Of a stretch of DNA of 64,000 nucleotides, positions 51,601 through 59,351 are shown one piece after another. Location: contig OZ059894.1 of assembly GCA_964057225.1 (NCBI GenBank), positions 15,624,001 through 15,688,000 of the forward strand. Direction: 5' to 3'. Numbering within the stretch: the stretch's first letter is position 1; each line of letters opens with the position of its first letter. The DNA is from Auanema rhodensis (Eukaryota > Animalia > Nematoda). The notes below the pieces were generated by a model. The model was not told the origin of the DNA. It was given only the letters and a program-made list of their open reading frames with translations, and made no database searches. The translations under genes and the position numbers were made by a program.

Positions 51601-52919
51601 GTGTGAGTTGATTGCGAAATAGAGCAATTGATACCCATGGTTGCTTTTTTATTAGATGATTTTGATGAAGCAGGAGGGAGACAAAGAGATGGGTGATGAT
51701 CTCTATTACATATTTTACATTTATCAAAGGTACACTTAGTGCTAGTGTGTGTAGGACTGAAACAAATCCAGCACCTGTTTTTTTGTTTTATTATGTCTCT
51801 CCTCTGTTGAGGATTATGTATGGTTAAACATTTTGCGGATCGATGTCCGTTTTGGTCACAAAATACGCATGGGCGTTCGGTTTTCGTAACAGTTGTAATA
51901 TGTGAGTTATGTTTCAAGGGAGAAATTGAATTAGTTTGAGCATGGTATTGCGGGATAAAAGGAGATTTAGAAGAATAAATTGAAAAATTTTCCATTGAGT
52001 CGGCCGTTTCCTCAATGTTTCTTAGTAGTTGTTTTATAGAGGTTGCCCTAGATGATCTCCAACAGAGCATATTGATGATATCAATAGGAAATTTAGTTGT
52101 GATAAGTTTGACCCAAGCGGGGTCTTCAGAATTATAAAGTGTATCAGTCTCAAGCTGATCAAGAAGTGCTCTGATTTCATTCACGCGAGATCTAACTGAC
52201 ATGGGGTCATTTTTTGCAGGAGGTAATTTCACCAGTTCATCATGAATACGGTAATCAACTTTTAGTTTTGGTGCGTAAGTGGTTTTAAGAGTAGATATAA
52301 TACGTTCATACGCAGTGCCATCTAATGGTTTATTTTCAAGATGAACTCGTGCTGAACCTTTAAGAGCTTCAGCTAAATAAATGCTTTTTTGCCTATTATT
52401 GAGGTCAGGGTCTTGGTGAATGAGCGTTTTAAATTGTCTCCAAAATGTCGGAAAGGTTTTGTTATCTCCATTGAATGTGGGTATAGAAAGTTGAGGTGGT
52501 TTCAAAAGTAATTTGCTAATGTTCGTTTTCGAAATGCGCGGTGATGTAAAAAGGGTTGTATGCGGTGCGGTAAGTGCTAGTTCGGTCTCATCGTCTGAGT
52601 CCGGGATTGAGTGTGCGCCAGCAACTTTAGTTTCGAGCTCAAACAGTTTTTTGTTTGCTCTTTCTATAGTTGCGGCATGTTGGTTTGTTAAATTATTTAT
52701 ACGATTATTAAATTCCGAAAGAAAAGGGTCTATTTGAAGTGAAGCTATGGTAGCTAAATTGGATTCGTGAAAGCGAAGCTGTTCAAGAGTGTTGTTAATG
52801 TCGGAATAAAGAGAGAATTGTTCCTCACTTTGTTTGTTTTCCAAAAGGCTCTCTAGTTTTTCAAAAGTTTGAACGAAACTTTGGAATTTTGTATTAAAAA
52901 CCGTTTCGATACGGTCCAT
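45630..52919 (-). CDS. Gag-PR-RT-RNaseH-IN-Env polyprotein
   Basis: Gag IPTFNGD..F..FW..F; three Cys/His knuckles (CVFC..H, CWIC..H, CKIC..HH); protease FFDPGATQSF; RT YLYVDN; RNase H IFVDAS; integrase HHCC plus D(CIGP), SDNG, WERL. Then a signal peptide MKFLLLIQ (47621), a Cys-rich Gn-like part, a TM, a second signal ending QAQA/C (47141), a Gc-like ectodomain and a C-terminal TM. Confidence 0.96.
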   Translation of the reverse strand: MDRIETVFNTKFQSFVQTFEKLESLLENKQSEEQFSLYSDINNTLEQLRFHESNLATIASLQIDPFLSEFNNRINNLTNQHAATIERANKKLFELETKVAGAHSIPDSDDETELALTAPHTTLFTSPRISKTNISKLLLKPPQLSIPTFNGDNKTFPTFWRQFKTLIHQDPDLNNRQKSIYLAEALKGSARVHLENKPLDGTAYERIISTLKTTYAPKLKVDYRIHDELVKLPPAKNDPMSVRSRVNEIRALLDQLETDTLYNSEDPAWVKLITTKFPIDIINMLCWRSSRATSIKQLLRNIEETADSMENFSIYSSKSPFIPQYHAQTNSISPLKHNSHITTVTKTERPCVFCDQNGHRSAKCLTIHNPQQRRDIIKQKNRCWICFSPTHTSTKCTFDKCKICNRDHHPSLCLPPASSKSSNKKATMGINCSISQSTHTPPSPAYLMTSKVSIFNPHTGKFHTKILFFDPGATQSFIYEPAAKECQLKTLNSQLITATGFSGSCEAFNSLTVEASLRTPFGKNIILTLLTSPKPLTGKLKSCQLSLKDKEALEQSNITITNQLVDGELFIPDILLGMDWCDTIIHDTKPTILPSGLKVKHTQIGPCIYGKQIPNDNIAAINTLIVNPVIPEDVMIKQLFEIDNLGISPHEGALNRSELFFNEYTSLIKFDKGFVMAPLPLKSNATKIQSNRSMALATLNRLQKSLKEEHNQLQHYHQTIMRYIEEGVVEQVPLTSENSLLYYMPHRGVWKPNKSKPLRVVFNASAKQKGQLSLNDVTETGESFNNKIIDILIGIRIKKYFLMCDIEGAFTQIRITNDHKDLCRFLWLRDPHKGTTPDNILELRFNRLAFGITASPSILNMSLYAFLQSLESHLVPETLRYLYVDNIFYTTNSSEDLHSIYEESKQIFSRISMNIREYYSNYTNFNSTVPDKDKHPDLNPKILGIKHYSDKDIFSINCQLRTQNSFTKRDLLSSLHSVYDPLGVAAPLLLHFKLLLRQVMNGSIDWKEQVPSDVVNSWNTVSNKIGTATIQIPRKLTDTSECREIWIFVDASVLAIAACAFCTSPTTRSPLVMGKIKLAPKNRTLTIPRLEMSAILMGMKMAETIYNNLPTHEVSINIASDSQIALSWLFTKKNIPVFVSNLRQNTDQIARKLELKGANITYHYVDTDHNPADIGTRGTTDIALLKDKWLFSPEWLLNKNDRPAKEFRAPLEEEEPSMLILPVTTNNPVLDNLLDPSRFSSYFKLRRIAGLVLKAALYFLGKRNKTPTSYLLKAATTEWQVSQFINTTAEILLIKEAQTHLSNSYKKQFRLKQDGNGLTCIQTRFTNSSLPTKTKFPYLLPKKSTLGKLILMFLHRTNGHAGVSQLLYLFMTRFFMTAARQVCKSIIKRCVPCQKTLSNPFSIEYFAPLPEDRVTRAMPFRHTGLDCIGPIKFRKNQHIYVVIFTCLTIRAVHLEPINDMSSNSFINAFIRFVARRGLPHVLRSDNGANFTHAAKILHTLEEHSREHQTNFINYIQNHNITWIFNTPSAPWTGGVWERLVAITKNALVKTLSLKLIEKDQLVTAIIKIEGIMNSRPITYTDSENFHENPLTPADFLTHGSPILIPGDNVDSLGDRLDLPNTIASNKQAFENLQKIEIIAEAFWNTWSHEYLLTLRHAHASRKMGHHNLRHPYHNEIVLVEEDHTNRNNWNMARVIELIPSSDKVVRTAKIKTGSGKILTKPVERLYPLELFDEFTETQRKTAHINHATYSTHPNTRHTNTNFLTNIMKFLLLIQLFFVATAEPLFTCSYSHILFPAQTKPSTFCINGDCHDLPANQSKDIQLQVSVIPKTTAVTRYDKDRRQTQICHLPHPCDFPPPALLHIIGNPHCNPFLAILIALTPIIGCALFCIIGGLIYKKLKTHRQQHTISYIPSLLFAIFYLTCQAQACGSPNAHKHIEFFCDDLHNCTKITNEEISFNPLQNSLCSYIKYQNSTIGKLEIQIIQQKFLCQKVSQGFTRITNLTIHSSHRCAGTTHCPWGTGCDDIRQDTFVAELHSTYENPGRTYCTRAGGGLFNSCGLPIEGCILFRPTYQPENEEVYEEIKCIQWKQEVQAKLLITYLNNTHQYDIFLQPYRKYEFHGISLQISSVTTKATTELYNKIFLTSETKSYMIPEQIKPAVICSNARIAADKFNACHIRKPCPCLGAAAQLSCNCDSATQRELKKYKLPQINTNYRITKEAGTITVLSQMEESTLTMENPQFSIESLYTNRHPCSSDFQMLTGCYKCREGTTLNITCETKDELNAILNCDSFSTTIRCSDQNPATTVKLYFNEPKVQENCTLTCGRATKQIIQLSTRLHYISDTTIFSEESIKLHNGTSGLSWNLPNLEPLFDVIHDNRKWIVPAVAAITAGSYLLYIAAPFLTSLLLPATLSYCCVRNSNRNPRPAMSANA

Positions 52920-53153
52920 TTTTTCTTTTTCGGGTCGAAAGTGGATTATTTTGGAATTTCTTAGTAGAATGATTGCAAAATGAACAGTTTCAACTGTTTA
53001 AAGTATGTTGGTTTATAAAAAAAAAAAAATTTTTTTTTTTTGATAAAGAGAACGAGATGGAAAGGAGGAAAATGTGGAGAAGAGTGAGATGGAAAGTATG
53101 AAAAAAAAGGAAAAAATATGATAAGAAAGTTTCTAACAATTAATACCTGGTTT

Positions 53154-53166
53154 GGTCGTTGCACCA
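53154..53166 (-). promoter_or_regulatory. Primer-binding site, probably tRNA-Gly(GCC)
   Basis: TGGTGCAACGACC lies 1 nt inside the 5' LTR. It is a 12/13 match to TGGTGCATCGACC, the complement of the nematode tRNA-Gly(GCC) 3' end as recalled. Confidence 0.75.
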
Positions 53167-53167
53167 A

Positions 53168-53567
53168 TTTGGTTTTCAATGTTCCCAATGACGAGCGTCT
53201 ATACTCGGTTGTTCCCCGGTTAATGGGGATAATATGAGTTAGTGGCGAATCCAAACAGTTAGTTAAATGAGAAAGGTTTATTATAAGATCGGTATAAGTT
53301 CAGTGGTAGAATTAAATTAAGAGTGAGAGTGAAGGTTTCTTGGGCTTTATATATGATTTAGCTTGAAGGTGATATTTGATATTTGAATACAAAGGTCAGG
53401 TCAATGTAAACTATAGAGGTGATAAAAGTTCAATATCCTTTAAGAATGTTGCGCAAGAGGTTAATGATACAATTACAAGGTTATTAGACAATGGTTTAGA
53501 GTTTCAGAAGAGTTATGTTTCTAGGTTAAATTATTGTATTTCATTTCTAGTCAGGCATTCGCCGACA
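53168..53567 (-). repeat. 5' LTR (400 bp)
   Basis: Begins TGTCGGCG on the sense strand, ends ...AACCAAA, and is followed by the PBS. Confidence 0.95.
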
Positions 53568-55366
53568 CCACCGACCTTTGGGTTATGGGCCCAGCACGCT
53601 TCCACTGCGCCACGCTGCTTCGAATGTTGCATACACCGAGGTGTATGATGAATTCTGAATCGGTAAAACCAAAAAATCAAAAAATTGATGAATTAGATTT
53701 CTCGAATCGGTAAAACACTAGCAGCGAGTGGTTTCGATCCACCGACCTCTGGGTTATGGGCCCAGCACGCTTCCACTGCGCCACGCTGCTTCGAATGTGG
53801 CATACACCGAGGTGTATGATGAATTCTGAATCGGTGAAACCAAAAAATCAAAAAATTGATGAATTAGATTTCTGGAATCGGTAAAACACTAGCAGCGAGT
53901 GGTTTCGATCCACCGACCTCTGGGTTATGGGCCCAGCACGCTTCCACTGCGCCACGCTGCTTCGAATGTGGCATACACCGAGGTGTATGATGAATTCTGA
54001 ATCGGTAAAACCAAAAAATCAAAAAATTGATGAATTAGATTTCTGGAATCGGTAAAACACTAGCAGCGAGTGATTTCGATCCACCGACCTCTGGGTTATG
54101 GGCCCAGCACGCTTCCACTGCGCCACGCTGCTTCGAATGTGGCATACACCGAGGTGTATGATGAATTCTGAATCGGTAAAACCAAAAAATCAAAAAATTG
54201 ATGAATTAGATTTCTGGAATCGGTAAAACACTAGCAGCGAGTGGTTTCGATCCACCGACCTCTGGGTTATGGGCCCAGCACGCTTCCACTGCGCCACGCT
54301 GCTTCGAATGTGGCATACACCGAGGTGTATGATGAATTCTGGATCGGTAAAACCAAAAAATCAAAAAATTGATGAATTAGATTTCTGGAATCGGTAAAAC
54401 ACTAGCAGCGAGTGGTTTCGATCCACCGACCTCTGGGTTATGGGCCCAGCACGCTTCCACTGCGCCACGCTGCTTCGAATGTGGCATACACCGAGGTGTA
54501 TGATGAATTCTGAATCGGTAAAACCAAAAAATCAAAAAATTGATCAATTAGATTTCTGGAATCGGTAAAACACTAGCAGCGAGTGGTTTCGATCCACCGA
54601 CCTCTGGGTTATGGGCCCAGCACGCTTCCACTGCGCCACGCTGCTTCGAATGTGGCATACACCGAGGTGTATGATGAATTCTGAATCGGTAAAACCAAAA
54701 AATCAAAAAATTGATCAATTAGATTTCTGGAATCGGTAAAACACTAGCAGCGAGTGGTTTCGATCCACCGACCTCTGGGTTATGGGCCCAGCACGCTTCC
54801 ACTGCGCCACGCTGCTTCGAATGTGGCATACACCGAGGTGTATGATGAATTCTGAATCGGTAAAACCAAAAAATCAAAAAATTGATGAATTAGATTTCTG
54901 GAATCGGTAAAACACTAGCAGCGAGTGGTTTCGATCCACCGACCTCTGGGTTATGGGCCCAGCACGCTTCCACTGCGCCACGCTGCTTCGAATGTGGCAT
55001 ACACCGAGGTGTATGATGAATTCTGAATCGGTAAAACCAAAAAATCAAAAAATTGATCAATTAGATTTCTGGAATCGGTAAAACACTAGCAGCGAGTGGT
55101 TTCGATCCACCGACCTCTGGGTTATGGGCCCAGCACGCTTCCACTGCGCCACGCTGCTTCGAATGTGGCATACACCGAGGTGTATGATGAATTCTGAATC
55201 GGTAAAACCAAAAAATCAAAAAATTGATGAATTAGATTTCTGGATTCGGTAAAACACTAGCAGCGAGTGGTTTCGATCCACCGACCTCTGGGTTATGGGC
55301 CCAGCACGCTTCCACTGCGCCACGCTGCTTCGAATGTGGCATACACCGAGGTGTATGATGAATTCT

Positions 55367-55431
55367 GAGTGGTTTCGATCCACCGACCTCTGGGTTATGG
55401 ACCCAGCACGCTTCCACTGCGCCACGCTGCT
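55367..55431 (-). pseudogene. 3'-truncated tRNA-iMet copy (69-bp deletion)
   Basis: AATTCTGA is joined directly to GTGGTTTCG. The acceptor-stem 3' strand and terminators are lost, and there is an extra substitution near the anticodon. Confidence 0.9.
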
Positions 55432-56751
55432 TCGAATTTAGCAAACACCGAGGTGTATGATGAATTCTGAATCGGTAAAACCAAAAAATCAAAAAATTGA
55501 TGAATTAGATTTCTGGAATCGGTAAAAACCTAGCAGCGAGTGGTTTCGATCCACCGATCTCTGGTTTATGGGCCCAGCACGCTTCCACTGCGCCACGCTG
55601 CTTCGAATTTAGCAAACACCGAGGTGTATGATGAATTCTGAATCGGTAAAGCAAAAAATCAAAAAATTGATGAATTAGATTTCTGGAATCGGTAAAAACC
55701 TAGCAGAGAGTGGTTTCGATCCACCGACCTCTGGGTTATGGGCCCAGCACGCTTCCACTGCGCCACGCTGCTTCGAATTTAGCAAACACCGAGGTGTATG
55801 ATGAATTCTGAATCGGTAAAACCAAAAAATCAAAAAATTGATGAATTAGATTTCTGGAATCGGTAAAAACCTAGCAGCGAGTGGTTTCGATTCACCGACC
55901 TCTGGGTTATGGGCCCAGCACGCTTCCACTGCGCCACGCTGCTTCGAATTTAGCAAACACCGAGGTGTATGATGAATTCTGGATCGGTAAAACCAAAAAA
56001 TCAAAAAATTGATGAATTAGATTCCTGGAATCGATAAGACAATAGCAGCGAGTGGTTTCGATCCACCGACCTCTGGGTTATGGGCCCAGCACGCTTCCAC
56101 TGCGCCACACTGCTTCGAATTTAGCAAACACCGAGGTGTATGATGAATTCTGAATCGGTAAAACCAAAAAATCAAAAAATTGATGAATTAGATTTCTGGA
56201 ATCGGTAAAAACCTAGCAGCGAGTGGTTTCGATCCACCGACCTCTGGGTTATGGGCCCAGCACGCTTCCACTGCGCCACGCTGCTTCGAATGTGGCATAC
56301 ACCGAGGTGTATGATGAATTCTAAATCGGTAGAACCAAAAAATCAAAAAATTGATTAATTAAATTCCTGGAATCGATAAAACAATAGCAGCGAGTGGTTT
56401 CGATCCACCGACCTCTGGGTTATGGGCCCAGCACGCTTCCACTGCGCCACGCTGCTTCGAATTCAGCAAACACCGAGGTGTATGATGAATTCAGAATCGG
56501 TAAAACCAAAAAATCAAAAAATTGATGAATTAGATTTCTGGAATTGGTAAAACACTAGCAGCGAGTGGTTTCGATCCACCGACCTCTGGGTTATGGGCCC
56601 AGCACGCTTCCACTGCGCCACGCTGCTTCGAATTCAGCAAACACCGAGGTGTATGATGAATTCAGAATCGGTAAAACCAAAAAATCAAAAAATTGATGAA
56701 TTAGATTTCTGGAATTGGTAAAACACTAGCAGCGAGTGGTTTCGATCCACC

Positions 56752-59351
56752 GGGTGGCGGACGTTTCGTCGTCTCTAGTTTGTGAACTAGTTCAGGCTGA
56801 TCATTAGAGGGCAAACTTTATGATAATGTGCTGACAAGTGTCAGTGTTCATGTAACTCGGGGTGCTATTAAAGCTATAAATCTATAGAAGTCAGATATAA
56901 GTGGTTACATACCTTGAAGTGCCATCAAAATATAAATTGAAAAAAGCAGAAATTAAAATAAACATACAGTTCTATCTACCAGGCTATCATCAAACAGTTT
57001 CAAGTCAACAGTTACGTGAGTTCATAGTAATAGTTGTTAGTTTATCTTTTCTTTCGATAAGTTTGCTTATTCACACTTTCTCATCTTTTCTCGTTCATCA
57101 TGATTTTTCCTTCTACTTTCTGTCCATTTTCTCTGATGATTAACGCTCAGGGTAAATTTGTTTTTGTTTCTCAGCCTTTTGATAATGTTCCTTCGGAGAA
57201 CATAACTATCTTTTTTAATAATTCTTCGGTAAATACTCAGAATCTTGAAGTTTATTCAAATGATGTAACTTCACTCTCATTTTTGAATTTCACTCTTCCA
57301 TCTTTCAATATCCCTCCATTGAGGCAGCAAAATGTTAATTTTGCTTCTGCTCTTTCTCTAGCAAATTCATCTGCGGCATCTTCTTCAGTTGAATCTGTTG
57401 CTACAGTTACTGTTCCTACTGTCAACAGCGTTCCACTGTTCTCTTCTTCTACTTCACATCTTTCTATTCAGCCTTCTTCTTCTTTTTCTGCCGTTCATTC
57501 TTCACCGTCATCTTCTCTTTCTTCTTCTCCTCCTTCTGTTCCCTCTCCTTCTTCTTCTGTTCCCTCTCCTTCTTCTTCTGTTCCCTCTCCTTCTTCTTCA
57601 TTTTCTTCGCAATCTGCAAATCCTCACTCATACGCCGCTCTCATTGCGCCTTCTAAGCAGGGTGTACACCCCTGTTTAGAATATAAATTTGAAAACTTGC
57701 TGTATCGCTACCAATTCAGTAGTAAAAGTTCTCAAAAAGCTTATTCTATTTATCGTTGCACAGGTTGTAAACATTTGGGTAAATACACTTCTATCAAAGT
57801 AGAAAATAATGTATTTCTCGAAAATCCTGTTGCTCAAAACCATCATTGTGATCCATTTTTGTTTTCTATTAACAAATGCAAAAATATCACATACTCTCTA
57901 ACTCAGAATATTAAAAGTTCAGACTCATGTTTTGAGATGAAAGCATATTCCTTATTTGTCAATGAAATAAAAAAAATATTTCATGAATCTGAGTTAGAAG
58001 AGCATGAAAAGCAAGAAGTTTCCTCTGCTTGGTTTCATGGTGGGTATGACAGTAGACGTAGAGCTATTACAAGGGCTTTAAGTTCTCGTAAAGACTTAAG
58101 AACATCCATGACCAATGTTCCTCTGTCTCTGTCTAAAACTATCAATGGTCGTACGTTCTTGCATTTTCATGACAGCGAGTTTCATTTGTATTTCGATACA
58201 TTTTGTTTGGAACTAGCTGTTCAGAATGGTTTAACTCATTTGCTTGGGGACGGTTGTTTCAAATACCAGCCTTTGGATATGGAACAAACATACACCATCA
58301 TGGGCGGTTGCAGAAATGGAACAACTGTACCTCTTTTCTATTCCATTTTAAAAAATAAGAGTAGGTTCACTTATAGAAGGCTTCTTCAACATATTGCACT
58401 AGCTCTCTCCAACGTTGGTTGCATAGTTGAAAACCTTATTTTTATCTGTGATTTTGAGATCGCTGTAATAAGGGAAGCTGAAACTATTTTTAATTCTGTT
58501 CAAGGATGTGCATTTCATTATGCTCAGAGCTTGAACAGACGGTTTCTTCAACTGGGTTTGACACAAGCAGAGAAGCAATCCATTGAAATCAAACAATGGC
58601 ATGGTCGGCTGCTGGGCTTGCTCTTCCTTCAAACTGATCTTATCTCACGGTCCGGGTTACTCAATTCTCCTGTTTCTTCTGATCATCCATCATATTCTTC
58701 TTGTCTTCAAATGATCAGTTATGTGAATGAAACATGGATTGAAGGACCTTTGCCACATTATTGGAGCAAATGGGACATAAAACAGTTTCGTACATCTAAT
58801 AATGTTGAATCTTTTCACCGTAAAATGAAGACTATTTTATCTTGCTCTCATCCTCCTCTTTCTGAATTAATCACTTTTTTTCATGGTGAAAATTTGATGG
58901 CTAATCATGTCCTGATCGCTTTGTCATCGAATGTTGAGCCTGCCAGGAAAAAAAGAAAAAACTTAATTGAGAGGCAACAACGGATTGAGGTTCAGTTTGA
59001 AAACTTTAGGAGCATCTCCAATAACCGACTGCCTAATCAGCAAGAAATAATAGCATATGTCGAGGAGATGGCGAAATTTAACACCAGAAAATCTTATTTT
59101 TGAATCATTTAACTTGAAAAACTAAACTTTAATAAATTTTTTGAACCATATCTTTTTTTTCTAACACAAAAACTTCCTTGCCGTTTAGATTGAAAACCTT
59201 GATTTTTCATGAACTGTTTAAGTTTTTGGGTAATTTTTAGAAGTCTAAACGACCAAAAACTGAGAGTACAACACGTGTGGTATAATTTACGACCGTTAGG
59301 CTTGCTGGGGAGAGGTTGTAAAAATAGGAGACGACGAAACGTCTCAGACCC
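56752..59351 (+). mobile_element. Mutator-like (MULE) DNA transposon, copy 1, 2600 bp, inserted in a tRNA-iMet gene
   Basis: Imperfect 24-bp TIRs GGGTggcgGACGTTTCGTCGTCTC / GGGTctgaGACGTTTCGTCGTCTC. TSD GATCCACC at 56744-56751 and 59352-59359 (8 bp; formally 9 bp if the right end is ACC). Confidence 0.95.
57100..59103 (+). CDS. MULE-family DDE transposase with an N-terminal Ser/Pro linker and a CCHC zinc-binding domain
   Basis: Motifs LLGDGCFK, VPLFYSILKNK, ICDFEIAV, GCAFHYAQ (CxxH) and RTSNNVESFH. YRCTGC...NHHC is a FLYWCH/WRKY-like zinc finger. The ORF is intact, with AATAAA at 59131. Confidence 0.93.
   Translation: MIFPSTFCPFSLMINAQGKFVFVSQPFDNVPSENITIFFNNSSVNTQNLEVYSNDVTSLSFLNFTLPSFNIPPLRQQNVNFASALSLANSSAASSSVESVATVTVPTVNSVPLFSSSTSHLSIQPSSSFSAVHSSPSSSLSSSPPSVPSPSSSVPSPSSSVPSPSSSFSSQSANPHSYAALIAPSKQGVHPCLEYKFENLLYRYQFSSKSSQKAYSIYRCTGCKHLGKYTSIKVENNVFLENPVAQNHHCDPFLFSINKCKNITYSLTQNIKSSDSCFEMKAYSLFVNEIKKIFHESELEEHEKQEVSSAWFHGGYDSRRRAITRALSSRKDLRTSMTNVPLSLSKTINGRTFLHFHDSEFHLYFDTFCLELAVQNGLTHLLGDGCFKYQPLDMEQTYTIMGGCRNGTTVPLFYSILKNKSRFTYRRLLQHIALALSNVGCIVENLIFICDFEIAVIREAETIFNSVQGCAFHYAQSLNRRFLQLGLTQAEKQSIEIKQWHGRLLGLLFLQTDLISRSGLLNSPVSSDHPSYSSCLQMISYVNETWIEGPLPHYWSKWDIKQFRTSNNVESFHRKMKTILSCSHPPLSELITFFHGENLMANHVLIALSSNVEPARKKRKNLIERQQRIEVQFENFRSISNNRLPNQQEIIAYVEEMAKFNTRKSYF

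Larger units (their letters stand above)
45247..53567 (-). mobile_element. Full-length BEL/Pao (Belpaoviridae, Cer-like) LTR retroelement with envelope, 8321 bp, 5-bp TSD CCACC
   Basis: Two 400-bp LTRs, TSD at 45242-45246 and 53568-53572, a PBS, and a single uninterrupted 2429-aa ORF. Confidence 0.97.
45222..53619 (-). pseudogene. tRNA-iMet copy split by the LTR element (nt 48-72 at 45222-45246; nt 1-52 at 53568-53619)
   Basis: tRNA sequence stops after GATCCACC at 45246 and resumes with CCACCGACC at 53568. Confidence 0.95.

Noticed and set aside
46921-52737. Short overlapping or antisense ORFs within the retroelement
   Set aside because: Shadow frames of the long polyprotein with no independent motifs.
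53154-53166. LTR element primed by the tRNA-iMet it inserts into
   Set aside because: An iMet PBS would read TGGTAGCAGCGAG. The observed TGGTGCAACGACC fits tRNA-Gly.
53556-53580. Element ends mimicking or restoring the target tRNA (LTR start TGTCGGCGAAT versus target GGTCGGTGGAT; MULE end GGGTGG versus GGTGG)
   Set aside because: The matches are short and imperfect, and neither insertion rebuilds a T-arm or acceptor stem. This is not an att-like reconstitution.
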